From NCBI GenBank assembly GCA_964552765.1, contig CAZKIA010000001.1, positions 61,983 to 125,982 on the forward strand: DNA of 64,000 nt, in the 5' to 3' direction. Below are positions 38,788 to 48,669 of the stretch, in pieces. This DNA comes from an uncultured Candidatus Saccharibacteria bacterium. GTDB lineage: Bacteria > Patescibacteriota > Saccharimonadia > Saccharimonadales > Saccharimonadaceae. The notes under the pieces are model-generated. The model had not been told where the DNA came from, made no database searches, and saw only the letters and a program-made list of their open reading frames with translations. Both the position numbers and the translations under genes were made by a program. Within the stretch, counting starts at the first letter, position 1, and the number at the start of each line of letters is the position of its first letter.

Positions 38788-39039
38788 CTAGGCAACTGCC
38801 GCCATAAGCGCCCCAGGGTTCCAGCCAACACTAGCCACCTGCTCTTCACCCGACTCATCTGTCACTGTCACCACAGGTACGGTACATGCACCGCTCCGGG
38901 CAATAATCGCCTGTTCAGCCTCTGGGTCTTCATCGATATTAACGACCCGGTAGGTTTTACCCTTCATATCAAGGAGCCGTTTCACTTGGACGCAGTACGC
39001 ACAGGTCGTCCGCGTATAGACGGTAATTTCTTTTGACAT
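38788..39039 (-). CDS. Glutaredoxin-like protein (NrdH/Grx family)
   Basis: MSKEITVYTRTTCAYCVQVKRLL carries the CxxC motif, and the TVP motif follows. The start is taken at the internal ATG; the track start is 39069. Confidence 0.8.
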   Translation of the reverse strand: MSKEITVYTRTTCAYCVQVKRLLDMKGKTYRVVNIDEDPEAEQAIIARSGACTVPVVTVTDESGEEQVASVGWNPGALMAAVA

Positions 39040-39129
39040 TTTTCTATAACCCCCTTTGTCACTATCCATTATATAGCGTATAAGTATAAGTACAATACGC
39101 TATATATTGTGTTTTTTAGTACAATCGCG

Positions 39130-39702
39130 TTATTTAACGGACTTAACTTCGACAATAAACGTCAATGGGCCAGTCGGTGAGCCCATTCCGTTATCAACAC
39201 TACCGTAGGCCTTGTCGGCAGGAATAATGAGTTTATAGACACCTCCCTCTTTCGTACCAGTCAGGCCTTCAGTCCATCCCTTGATTACTCCCGTTAGTGG
39301 AAAATCAATTGGTGTCGTTGTGCCATTTTTGTTGGTACTATCAAAGATTTTGCCATCAGCCGACCAGCCAAAATAATTAGCATTAATCGTTGAAGTGGCG
39401 GCGACATCCTTGCCAGTACCCGGAACAAGTTCTTCGACTTTTAATTCGGTGACGCTGGCAGCATCAAATGGCGCGGCACTATAGCCATCGAGCGGCCGTA
39501 AGGTTTTCTTTGTCTCTTCTTGTTGTTTGCGATACTCTTCAATCATCTTCGCCTGATCGATTTCCGCCTGAGATTTCACCGGTGTATTGGCGGCTGGCAA
39601 CATAAATATAAAAAACGAACCAATCGTACCGACTGCCATAACAATTGCTATCACCCATATCGCAATGCGCTGCGAACGACTCGTCGAGACTTCTGACGCC
39701 AT
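39130..39702 (-). CDS. Membrane-anchored FKBP-type peptidyl-prolyl isomerase
   Basis: It has an N-terminal TM helix and an FKBP core (DGKIFDST...GVIKGWTEGL...IPADKAYG). Confidence 0.85.
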   Translation of the reverse strand: MASEVSTSRSQRIAIWVIAIVMAVGTIGSFFIFMLPAANTPVKSQAEIDQAKMIEEYRKQQEETKKTLRPLDGYSAAPFDAASVTELKVEELVPGTGKDVAATSTINANYFGWSADGKIFDSTNKNGTTTPIDFPLTGVIKGWTEGLTGTKEGGVYKLIIPADKAYGSVDNGMGSPTGPLTFIVEVKSVK

Positions 39703-39744
39703 AGAACCTCCTTCAGTAATATATCTCGCTATAGTATATCAGCT

Positions 39745-41514
39745 CTAGCCAGCAATATCGAACCGTTTCAGTGACTTTTTATCATCATTCTGCAAGCTAA
39801 GCAGCTGAGCATAAATGCCGTCAGTCTCGGCCAACTCTCCAGGAGAACCGATCTCATCGACTCGACCATTTTTAAGCGTGATGATTCGATCAACATGCGC
39901 AATCGTGCTGAGCCGATGGGCAATAATCAGTGTAGTACGCCCTTTCATGAGACGATCAAGAGCCTGCTGGACAAGCTTTTCAGAACGGCTATCAAGGCTA
40001 CTCGTTGCTTCATCGAGAATAAGAATCGGTGCGTCTTTCAGAATTGCACGGGCGATCGCAATACGCTGTTTTTGGCCACCGCTCAATTTGATGCCGCGCT
40101 CTCCTATCTCTGTATCAAGGCCATGCTCAAGCTTATCAATGAACTCCATCGCATTAGCGGCCTTTGCAGCGGCTATAATTGCCTTGTCTTTGATGTCGGG
40201 ATTTGCATAGACGATATTCTCGCGTATCGTTCCACTAAAGAGCGCGGGATCCTGAAATACCACGGCGATATTTTCTCGCAAACTCGTCTGCGTCACACTA
40301 TCAATCGGCGTACCGTCGATAATAATCTGCCCCGAGTTTGGATCATACAAACGCAGAAGCAGGCTTGTAATTGTCGTCTTGCCCTCGCCACTTTCACCAA
40401 CAAGGGCAACCTTTTCACCTGGTTTGACCTCAAACGATATATTGTGTAGAACGTCCTCGCCCTTACTATAGCCAAATGAGACGTCATCATAGGTGACAAT
40501 CGCTTTCTTGACGCGAAGTGCGGGAGCGTGGCTACGATCAGCAACGCTCGGTATTGTCTCCATGACTGCAAAGAAGTCTTTTGAGCCAGCGATGGCTTTT
40601 TGAGTATTATCGACAATGAAACTCATATTAAATATAGGAAAGCGCATCATACTAACAAGCTGTACCAGCAAGACCATTTCTCCTAGGGTAAACTGCCCTC
40701 TCGCTGTCTGCACAAACAAATACGCAAAGATCGCAAAAAATATCACATTTAAGGCAAGGCGACGCACCATATCCATATTGTGCCAGTAGCGTGACTGCTT
40801 ATAGGTTATATCCACTGTATGCTGAAAGTGTCGTTCGAAATGTCGAAACTCTAACTGCTCTTGGATAAAACTCTTCACTACACGGATCTGAGCAATCACT
40901 TCCGCAAAACGCCCACTGGCAAGATCGGTGGCAAGGTTTTTCTCATCCTGCCATTTCTGCCATTTTTTACTCGTGAGAGCCGTCAACCACATAAATATCG
41001 GATACAAGACAAAGAGCAGTAACGCCAATTCCCAGCTGTATATCAAAACAATAATAAGCGTCAGTATCATTGTCAAAAACATCTGGAAGAAGTTATTCGC
41101 AAACATATTTGCAAACTGTGTCACTTCAAAAATCGTACGATTGAGACGGTTGATGATGGTACCCGTCAGTTCTTCATCATAATAACTCTGTGGCATCGCC
41201 AGGAGGTGCCGATAGTAACGCTCGCTTAGTTGTTTTTTAAGCTTAGCGCTCATAATATCGCCCAGGTATCCACCCCAGTTAGTAAATAGTGTATTTGCTG
41301 CATCAACAACAAATAACCAAACAGCGATCCACAATGCACCAGTCACATCGGCCTGGCCCGACTTGAGCGATGCCACGATAAGATCGGTTGCTTCTTTTAC
41401 TAAAAATGGCGTTGCCAGTGCGGTCACACTCATTAATACCGAGAAAAATGTAATACCGGCATAGTACGGCCATAGGTTGCGTGCGTAGCCGAGCACGCGA
41501 AATAATATCTTCAT
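39745..41514 (-). CDS. ABC exporter, fused permease/ATPase (MsbA-like)
   Basis: It has a 6-TM N-domain. Walker A is GESGEGKTT, the signature is LSGGQKQR and Walker B is ILILDEATS. CATAAT lies 8 nt upstream of the ATG. Confidence 0.9.
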   Translation of the reverse strand: MKILFRVLGYARNLWPYYAGITFFSVLMSVTALATPFLVKEATDLIVASLKSGQADVTGALWIAVWLFVVDAANTLFTNWGGYLGDIMSAKLKKQLSERYYRHLLAMPQSYYDEELTGTIINRLNRTIFEVTQFANMFANNFFQMFLTMILTLIIVLIYSWELALLLFVLYPIFMWLTALTSKKWQKWQDEKNLATDLASGRFAEVIAQIRVVKSFIQEQLEFRHFERHFQHTVDITYKQSRYWHNMDMVRRLALNVIFFAIFAYLFVQTARGQFTLGEMVLLVQLVSMMRFPIFNMSFIVDNTQKAIAGSKDFFAVMETIPSVADRSHAPALRVKKAIVTYDDVSFGYSKGEDVLHNISFEVKPGEKVALVGESGEGKTTITSLLLRLYDPNSGQIIIDGTPIDSVTQTSLRENIAVVFQDPALFSGTIRENIVYANPDIKDKAIIAAAKAANAMEFIDKLEHGLDTEIGERGIKLSGGQKQRIAIARAILKDAPILILDEATSSLDSRSEKLVQQALDRLMKGRTTLIIAHRLSTIAHVDRIITLKNGRVDEIGSPGELAETDGIYAQLLSLQNDDKKSLKRFDIAG

Positions 41515-41552
41515 CGTCTAGTATTATGACAAAGTATGGTGGCATTTACCAT

Positions 41553-41579
41553 AAGAGAACGTCACCATGTATGGTGACG
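41553..41579 (-). terminator. Hairpin terminator after the P-type ATPase gene
   Basis: The stem is CGTCACCAT (41560-41568) / ATGGTGACG (41571-41579). TTCTCTT follows it on the minus strand. Confidence 0.5.
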
Positions 41580-41681
41580 CCTCCCCAAAAGGGTGTGGTA
41601 ATTGCCCACATGTCTCTCCTTTTGTATGTTCTATGCTACTGCCCTCTTACTTTCGAAACCGTTAGCAAATTCACATTTTTG

Positions 41682-44180
41682 CTATTGCATGTGTTTGGTT
41701 GTGTGGAAAATAATACGCCGCAGAGGAACTGTCACGAGTGTGATAGCGATAGCAATACTAAATGTGATAAATGCCTCATACATTGTAATCGGTGCAAAAT
41801 GGAATAAATCACGCACAGGAGCGATACCATATACAATCGCCAGCGCTACGGCTACGAGTGCAATGATGACAGCCAGCGCGTTAATCTTGCCATCGCCAAA
41901 GGCGTGCTTCACAACTCGCCCACCCGATATAACCAGTATCAGCATGACGTTCGTCAGTATTATCATCAAGAATGTAATAGCCCGAGCTTTATCATCTGAC
42001 CATCCCCAGTCCAGCATCAGCCAATGACCCGCTACGATCACCGCCGATATGAATAGTCCTGTTATTGCACTAAGGAGCACCATCGCGCGACTAAATAGGG
42101 CTGATCCAAGTTCGCGGGGTGGCCGCTGCATCGCATCTGGCTCTTCATCCTCTCCCTCAAATATAAGCGTACAACTTGGGTCAATCACAAACTCAATGAA
42201 TACAATATGGATTGGTAACAACACAAGCGACCATCCAAAGAAGACTGGTAGCAGGGACAATATGATAATCGGCATATGCACTGCAAGAATATAGATCATG
42301 GCTTTTTGTAAGTTTGCGAATATTCGTCTCCCTAGTCGTACACCTTGGACAATCGACGCAAAATTATCATCGAGCAAAACGATTGAGGCTGCCTCACGGG
42401 CAACATCCGTACCGCGCTGTCCCATCGCGATGCCGATATGCGCTGCCTTAAGCGCCGGAGCATCATTCACGCCATCGCCCGTCATGGCGACTACTTCACC
42501 ATTTGTTTTTAGCGCATTGACAATCAAGAGTTTCTGAGCGGGGATGACACGACTAAAGATTGATGTTGTTTTGATTGCTTCGTCTCGCTCTGCTTCACTC
42601 ATAGCCGCAAATTCATCGCCCGTTATAACCCGTTCACTATCAAGTCCGATAATACTTCCAATACGCCGTGCTGTCTCGGCATAATCTCCCGTAATCATAA
42701 TCACCCGTATGCCTGCTTGACGACATAATGCTACGGCATCGGCTGCTTCTTTTCGGATAGGATCAGCTAGTGCGACCAGCCCAAGAAACTCATACTCATA
42801 CCCGTCACGAGTTTTCGGTATATCTTTTCGGGGTATACCTTTAGCAACAGCCAATACACGCAAGCCTTGACCCGCAAGTTCTGTGACACGTTCTTTTAAT
42901 GAATCAATCTGCCGCGGTGACAATGCGCATAATGCGTACACGACTTCAGGAGCACCTTTAAGTGCTACTCTCTGTTGCTTCTCCCCATTTCCCCACACAT
43001 GCACGACAGACAATGACGATTCCTCAAGCGGATATTCCTTGATGATCTTCATATCTTCGTAGATACTCTCAAAATTATCGCGAATGCTCTTACCAGCAGT
43101 AATAAATGCTTCTTCCATTGGATCAAACGGCTTTTTCTGCGAGGCGAGCACGCCATAATCGATAACAACCGCATATGTAGGATCATTTGGTGAGAGCTCA
43201 TTACCTTCATGATCGGTCACATAGTCTACTCGCATCCGATTTTCTGTCAATGTGCCCGTCTTGTCAGTACACAGCACTGTTGCACTCCCAAGTGTCTCAA
43301 TTGTTTGACTCTTACGGGTCAACACATTCTTTTTTGCCAACCGCCACGCTCCCAGTGCCATAAAGACAGTGAGAACGACAGGAAACTCTTCAGGTAGTAT
43401 CGCAATTGATAATGTCAGCCCAGCCAAAAATCCATGGAGCAAATCGCCGCGCAACAACCAGTACATCAGAGCAAGCAATATCGATGCCGACACCGCCACA
43501 ATCGCCAGGGTTTTGACGACCCGATCAACCTCTTTTTTAAGGAGGGTCTTTTCACTCTTAATCGCATTGAGTGAGCTACCGATCTTGCCAATCTCAGTCT
43601 GCTCGCCAATGGCTGTTACGACAGCCACACCATGGCCTTTGACTATCATCGAAGCCGAATATATTATTCCTTTTTTGTCATCCACATCCTTCGTATCATC
43701 CTTATCAACCGGCACCGACTCACCCGTCAGCAACGACTCATCGGCCATGATATTTTCCGCCTCAGTCAGTCGCGCATCTGCCGGTACTCGTTCACCCTCA
43801 GATACCAAGAATACATCCCCCACTACTAATTCTCGACTTGGGATAATTCGGTGCTCACCATCACGTATCACATGACAGCTTGGACTTGCCAGGCTTCTTA
43901 GCGCTTCGAGTGCTTTTTCGGTTTTATTGTCCTGATATAACTCGATACCTATGATAACGAGAACCGAGACAAGCAATACAACTGCCTCAGTCTTGTCACC
44001 TAAAAGAAAATACACCACGACAACTGATACCAGGAGAAATATCATTGGCTCGGTCAATACACCAATAATAATCTTTAGCAAACTTCGCTTTTCTCGATCA
44101 GGGAGCTCATTGTAGCCGTGAGATTTTTGCAACTCGACAGCTTCGGCAGTCGTAAGGCCTTGTGTGATATCGTTATTCAT
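41682..44180 (-). CDS. P-type cation-transporting ATPase (P2-like, Ca2+/Mg2+-type)
   Basis: It has DKTGTLT, TGES, MITGD and TGDGVNDAPAL. The TM4 motif is PEEFP. 832 aa. Confidence 0.9.
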   Translation of the reverse strand: MNNDITQGLTTAEAVELQKSHGYNELPDREKRSLLKIIIGVLTEPMIFLLVSVVVVYFLLGDKTEAVVLLVSVLVIIGIELYQDNKTEKALEALRSLASPSCHVIRDGEHRIIPSRELVVGDVFLVSEGERVPADARLTEAENIMADESLLTGESVPVDKDDTKDVDDKKGIIYSASMIVKGHGVAVVTAIGEQTEIGKIGSSLNAIKSEKTLLKKEVDRVVKTLAIVAVSASILLALMYWLLRGDLLHGFLAGLTLSIAILPEEFPVVLTVFMALGAWRLAKKNVLTRKSQTIETLGSATVLCTDKTGTLTENRMRVDYVTDHEGNELSPNDPTYAVVIDYGVLASQKKPFDPMEEAFITAGKSIRDNFESIYEDMKIIKEYPLEESSLSVVHVWGNGEKQQRVALKGAPEVVYALCALSPRQIDSLKERVTELAGQGLRVLAVAKGIPRKDIPKTRDGYEYEFLGLVALADPIRKEAADAVALCRQAGIRVIMITGDYAETARRIGSIIGLDSERVITGDEFAAMSEAERDEAIKTTSIFSRVIPAQKLLIVNALKTNGEVVAMTGDGVNDAPALKAAHIGIAMGQRGTDVAREAASIVLLDDNFASIVQGVRLGRRIFANLQKAMIYILAVHMPIIILSLLPVFFGWSLVLLPIHIVFIEFVIDPSCTLIFEGEDEEPDAMQRPPRELGSALFSRAMVLLSAITGLFISAVIVAGHWLMLDWGWSDDKARAITFLMIILTNVMLILVISGGRVVKHAFGDGKINALAVIIALVAVALAIVYGIAPVRDLFHFAPITMYEAFITFSIAIAITLVTVPLRRIIFHTTKHMQ

Positions 44181-44235
44181 CTATATGTAATTATAATGAT
44201 AATGTCTTTAATACTCAAAAAATAACATAGCTCCG

Positions 44236-45576
44236 CTAATTGAGGGATTGTTTGGTCAGAACAGTACCCGTCGACAACTTCACAGACAATACAAAGTGGC
44301 TACAAATATTTTTATTTATATCACCATTACTGCAGCCTGTGGTACCGGGAGCTCCTGATACCTGGTAGGTATATTGCCCTGTGACAAGCTTATCGGATAG
44401 TAGATTGGAAGAACCGAGAGGCTCCGTGAAGGCCGTCTCTGCTATACTACGAAGGTTCTTCTCGCGCCATTTCAGATCATTTATTTGTGAGAATTCAGGG
44501 TAGTATCCAAACTCGTTATAATATACTTCTAACGTAGTAGCTAGTGCATTGATGTCTATTTTGCGCTCAAGATCAGCGTTCTTGTCCGCAGCAGAAGATG
44601 TAGAGCTACCTGTATCTTTTGATTTTAAATACTCATCTATTCGGTAATCCGCCTTTGGTTCACTCGGTAGCTCGGTTGTACCCCAATCTGAATACGTCAC
44701 TGTTGTCTGGTTAGTCTTTACTTTTACTAGTCGTTGCTTCTTAATGCTAACGTATAACTTTGCCTCAAGCGCTTTATTGTCTATCGAAAGACTACCGATA
44801 TCGCTTTTCGGCAGACCAATAATGACAGCGACTTTTTCATTGAGTGTACGCAATTTATCGGGACTTATGCTAACTTGATAGACGTAGGCATCTTCACCAT
44901 CAAGAGTCTCTTTGACAACTGCTTTTTTGTCATAGTTATATATCTCCGATGTATTAATTGCCTCCTCAATCTTTTTCGACTGATCGCCATTAAAGCTACC
45001 CATAATGTACTGACCAAATATCCCCGATGAGGGCGTAATGGTAGTGATTGCACTAGAAGATTGAGCATCCTCAAGAGATATGCCGTCCTTGACGATCTGA
45101 ACCCACTTATTATTTAACTGTTGATCTGCACTCATTTGGTTAGTTTGATTTTTGAGGCGTACATATGTATTTTGCTTCGATGCATACATATCATAGCGAA
45201 GATCTTGTAGACCACCTTTTACGTCAACCGATGCAAAAACACGTAAGTTTTGGGTATCTTTGAGATCATACTTAAGCATAATCTGCTGATCCATATCTGT
45301 AATATTAACCTCCTGAGTGTAGCTAGGCGTGGATAGCGCATTTTTTATCGATGCTCGAAATACACTCTCAGGGTTACTAGCACGTAAGAACCAGAACATG
45401 CCAAGTCCAACAGCCGCCAGCAGCACAACGAGTGATACAACAAGTGCAAATACTTTTGTTTTTCGTGGCCGCTGGGTAGTGGGTATTACTGGATTAGTAG
45501 TCTGTAGTGCTGAGGGCTGGCTAACATCATCTGATCTACTAATCAGATTCTCATTTTCACTAAGCATGTTTTTCAT
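44236..45576 (-). CDS. Single-pass anchored surface protein with a pilin-like C-terminal module
   Basis: An N-terminal TM helix (VFALVVSLVVLLAAVGLGMFWFL) is followed by a ~280-aa unknown domain. The C-terminus NADLERKIDINALATTLEVYYNEFGYYPEFSQI...GCSNGDINKNICSHF resembles a pilin head. Confidence 0.55.
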   Translation of the reverse strand: MKNMLSENENLISRSDDVSQPSALQTTNPVIPTTQRPRKTKVFALVVSLVVLLAAVGLGMFWFLRASNPESVFRASIKNALSTPSYTQEVNITDMDQQIMLKYDLKDTQNLRVFASVDVKGGLQDLRYDMYASKQNTYVRLKNQTNQMSADQQLNNKWVQIVKDGISLEDAQSSSAITTITPSSGIFGQYIMGSFNGDQSKKIEEAINTSEIYNYDKKAVVKETLDGEDAYVYQVSISPDKLRTLNEKVAVIIGLPKSDIGSLSIDNKALEAKLYVSIKKQRLVKVKTNQTTVTYSDWGTTELPSEPKADYRIDEYLKSKDTGSSTSSAADKNADLERKIDINALATTLEVYYNEFGYYPEFSQINDLKWREKNLRSIAETAFTEPLGSSNLLSDKLVTGQYTYQVSGAPGTTGCSNGDINKNICSHFVLSVKLSTGTVLTKQSLN

Positions 45577-45606
45577 CCTTATACTGTTTTAGCTATTACC
45601 ATAATC

Positions 45607-46299
45607 ATGAAGTTACAGATCATGATTGTCAACACCGTTATGCAGACCTTGCAAACCATAAGCACTATCGATACTATGATGAGAACAATGCAATTACTTC
45701 CGGTATGGTTTATTTATATTGCAGCACTCATCAGACTGGCCGGCGGTCTGGCGTATTTCCGTGCAACCCTCGACGGTCGTGCTCGACCTCATGCAGTGAG
45801 CTGGATCATCTGGTCATTAACGCCATTTATATCATTCTTTGCAGAGCTGTCCGTTGGTGTCGGCGTGCTCGCAGTAGTAACACTCACCCTTGGTCTGAGC
45901 CCCTTACTGGTCGTGATTGCAGCACTGAAAGTCGATCGCCGCCTTTTTCGTATCAATGCATTTGACGCTCTGTGTATCGCGATTGCTAGTGCTGGTGTCA
46001 TTATCTGGGCTATTACGAGTGAGCCGCTGACGGCTATTATTGTGGCAATCATCGCAGATATCGTTAGTTGTCTGCCAACCATTCGCAAAGCCTATCAGTA
46101 TCCAGAGACTGAATATCCGCCGACATTTTTGCTATCTGCTGGCAGCATGAGCCTAGCCCTTCTGGCGACCCAAGAAATTTCTCTGGCAGCATTTGCATTC
46201 CCCGTCTATGTGCTAGTCATGAATCTTCTGATTGCAAGCCTAGCTCTTCGCCAGTACGGTCGCAGGCGCCACCACCGCATATCGCGCCGGCGTCGGTAA
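45607..46299 (+). CDS. Polytopic membrane protein, unknown function
   Basis: It has about 6 hydrophobic segments and an Arg-rich C-terminal tail. The true start is probably an internal Met (for example MQLLPVW, near 45688). Confidence 0.5.
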   Translation: MKLQIMIVNTVMQTLQTISTIDTMMRTMQLLPVWFIYIAALIRLAGGLAYFRATLDGRARPHAVSWIIWSLTPFISFFAELSVGVGVLAVVTLTLGLSPLLVVIAALKVDRRLFRINAFDALCIAIASAGVIIWAITSEPLTAIIVAIIADIVSCLPTIRKAYQYPETEYPPTFLLSAGSMSLALLATQEISLAAFAFPVYVLVMNLLIASLALRQYGRRRHHRISRRRR

Positions 46300-46312
46300 G
46301 CTATCTTTATGC

Positions 46313-46783
46313 TTAATCACGAATATAATGACACGTATAGCCGTTCGGGTGCTTTTGTAAATAATCCTGATGCTCTTTTTCGGCAGGCCAGAATCTATCA
46401 AATGGCTCTAGCGTTGTCACTACTTCTCCATTGTATCGACCTGATTGATTGACGCTCGTCATTACTTTAAGTGCAATCATTCTCTGCTCTTCATTTTCAT
46501 AAAATATTGTCGAGCGATAACTTGTACCGACATCATTGCCCTGGCGATTGAGTGTGGTTGGATCGTGAATACGAAAGAAAAAATCAAGCAGCTCATTATA
46601 GCTGGTCAATGATGGATCATAAATAATCTTTACTGCTTCGGCATGACCAGGATGATGATCATAGGTTGGCGAATCATTATCGCCACCCATATAGCCTACT
46701 TCGGTATCAATCACCCCAACTTGAGAGCGAAACAGCTCCTCCATCCCCCAGAAGCATCCACCTGCCACGTACATTGTCTGCAT
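46313..46783 (-). CDS. msrA: Peptide methionine (S)-S-oxide reductase
   Basis: It has the GGCFWG active-site motif. The start is taken at [13 protein letters not shown]. Confidence 0.9.
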   Translation of the reverse strand: MQTMYVAGGCFWGMEELFRSQVGVIDTEVGYMGGDNDSPTYDHHPGHAEAVKIIYDPSLTSYNELLDFFFRIHDPTTLNRQGNDVGTSYRSTIFYENEEQRMIALKVMTSVNQSGRYNGEVVTTLEPFDRFWPAEKEHQDYLQKHPNGYTCHYIRD

Positions 46784-46803
46784 AGCTTTAGTATACTGTA
46801 TAT

Positions 46804-47178
46804 ATGAACAACTCACATCTGAGCGACGAACAACGAGCTGTTTTATTTAAGCGAGCAACAGAAGCGCCGTTTAGTGGTGAGTACTTATATGTAAACGATG
46901 ACGGTACCTATGGGTGCGCCAATTGTCATAGCCCACTCTTTGATTCATCGAGCAAATTTGAAGCTCACTGCGGATGGCCAAGCTTTGACGAGGCACTACC
47001 CGGCAGCATCACCTATCGTGAAGATACCAGTCATGGTATGACACGCACTGAAGTTATCTGCAGTAAGTGTAGCTGCCACCTTGGTCATATTTTTGATGAT
47101 GGGCCACCCGAGACAACTGGCCAACGCTACTGCATTAATTCATTGTCGTTGCATTTTACCCCTCGTACTTCTCGCTAA
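46804..47178 (+). CDS. msrB: Peptide methionine (R)-S-oxide reductase
   Basis: It has the SelR pattern: two CxxC pairs and [17 protein letters not shown] lies 6 nt upstream of the ATG. Confidence 0.9.
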   Translation: MNNSHLSDEQRAVLFKRATEAPFSGEYLYVNDDGTYGCANCHSPLFDSSSKFEAHCGWPSFDEALPGSITYREDTSHGMTRTEVICSKCSCHLGHIFDDGPPETTGQRYCINSLSLHFTPRTSR

Positions 47179-47257
47179 CTTGCAGTTATATTGCCAGCAG
47201 GTATACTGTGATGTACGCCAGTACTTTGTAGTGCAACCGACCAAAGGAGTTGATCAA

Positions 47258-47641
47258 ATGGCGATTGTTCTTTCAGATGACATAAATGAGATCATCGGGC
47301 GCATCATGCAGCTACTCGCCACATTAGGTGAGATCTCTGCCCGCAAGGCGAGTTTGCAACAAGACATGGTGCACGGCACAGCCACGAGCGATACGGCCTC
47401 CACAATGGACGACTTGACTAGAGGTGAGATCAGATTGATCAATGAAATCAAACAGATCATCGAGGCAAAGTGGCGAACGATCTCAGCGCATATGGAGGGT
47501 GATTCTCTCCGTATTGGTGAAACTGGAACTGTTGACATCTTCGTCTCGCGATACGTGAGCTCTCCTTCGATCACGATGCGCATCCAACCATCGGGGTCAC
47601 GGTTTGTCACCACTCGTCAACTTTGTCCTGTTATCAGTTGA
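47258..47641 (+). CDS. Hypothetical protein (127 aa)
   Basis: AAAGGAG lies 8 nt upstream of the ATG at 47258, and a hairpin plus T run follows the gene. No motif recognised. The track ORF (47081) has an unsupported 5' extension. Confidence 0.55.
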   Translation: MAIVLSDDINEIIGRIMQLLATLGEISARKASLQQDMVHGTATSDTASTMDDLTRGEIRLINEIKQIIEAKWRTISAHMEGDSLRIGETGTVDIFVSRYVSSPSITMRIQPSGSRFVTTRQLCPVIS

Positions 47642-47659
47642 CGCTGGTCATAACGCCCG

Positions 47660-47687
47660 CTCGGGAGCGTTCAATCCCGAGCATTTT
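47660..47687 (+). terminator. Intrinsic terminator after the 127-aa ORF
   Basis: A 7-bp stem CTCGGGA (47660-47666) / TCCCGAG (47675-47681) is followed by CATTTT. Confidence 0.5.
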
Positions 47688-47694
47688 CATGCCC

Positions 47695-48063
47695 TTATGC
47701 ATTTTCCTCAAATAACGATCGGTATTCTACTTCACGCCCTTCTTGCTCGGCTCGTGCAATACCATACTCCATACCGCGACTGATTCCACGATCATAATAA
47801 ACCACAGTTTTTGCGGCAAATTTTCCGATAGCAAGACCTGCTTCAATCCCCATCTCACGCTCAGCAGGTATCAAATCGTCAAGCACGTGCGTATAAAATA
47901 AATGGCTTGCAAATGGCGCCTCACCTCGATGAAGGCTATCGAGCAAAGCGGCTTCGGCATAAGCCACATTACCCTCTACATCGCCAGCATAGGGACTCTC
48001 TACCAGAACGAATGGTCTATCAATCATCAGTGTTAGTATACTCTCGTATTCATAAACTTTCAC
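47695..48063 (-). CDS. Small protein resembling phage-associated nucleoside 2-deoxyribosyltransferase-like (DUF4406/DUF7768-type) proteins
   Basis: 122 aa. The pattern VLVESPYAGD..N..YA......SLHRGEAPFASHLFY...LDD..P.ERE.GI.AG......VVYYDRGISRGM matches this family only as I recall it. ATGA overlap with the upstream gene. Confidence 0.5.
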   Translation of the reverse strand: MKVYEYESILTLMIDRPFVLVESPYAGDVEGNVAYAEAALLDSLHRGEAPFASHLFYTHVLDDLIPAEREMGIEAGLAIGKFAAKTVVYYDRGISRGMEYGIARAEQEGREVEYRSLFEENA

Positions 48064-48668
48064 GCTTCATACGCATGAACAATATCCATGATTGTAACAG
48101 CTGATGCTATAACACCTCGTTGGTATGACAACTCATCATCATACGGTTGCGGTTGGTCAGCAAACAAAGCCGTACCGACATCAAGAAATTCAAAAAGCTG
48201 ATCATTTATATCCATACTATCGAAGCTATCACATACCGCGTCGATACTATCAAATAAATCATAGTTCATTTCTTCCTCGCTATAATATGTCGTTTTCGGC
48301 ATAGTGATCGATATACACCCACGATAGATTTTTTGATGTAATTCCTGAGGAAGCAATGGTACAACTCCATCCATAACAACAACCGCCCCCGTAATAAATG
48401 CTTTTGCTGACCGCTCTTCATAGTGACGTGTATCAATTTCATCACCACTGGACAGCCGCTTGATTGCCTGCAGCCTACCATAATATTGTGCCAATTGATT
48501 TAATGATTGAAGCAACGGTGTCTTCTGGTATATAACAAATGTTTCTTTCTGCAGTTGTGCTCGCAGCTCTGCCGGTGATAACGAGCTATCATATAAAAAT
48601 CTCACGCGCGCCACAGGGTCTTGATACCAATTACCATTTTCTCGATCAGGAAAATCTTCTACACCCAT
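48060..48668 (-). CDS. Hypothetical protein (202 aa), acidic C-terminus
   Basis: The ORF is intact. Its start lies 1 nt after the upstream stop, and its stop overlaps the next start. No motif recognised. Confidence 0.55.
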   Translation of the reverse strand: MGVEDFPDRENGNWYQDPVARVRFLYDSSLSPAELRAQLQKETFVIYQKTPLLQSLNQLAQYYGRLQAIKRLSSGDEIDTRHYEERSAKAFITGAVVVMDGVVPLLPQELHQKIYRGCISITMPKTTYYSEEEMNYDLFDSIDAVCDSFDSMDINDQLFEFLDVGTALFADQPQPYDDELSYQRGVIASAVTIMDIVHAYEA

Positions 48669-48669
48669 A

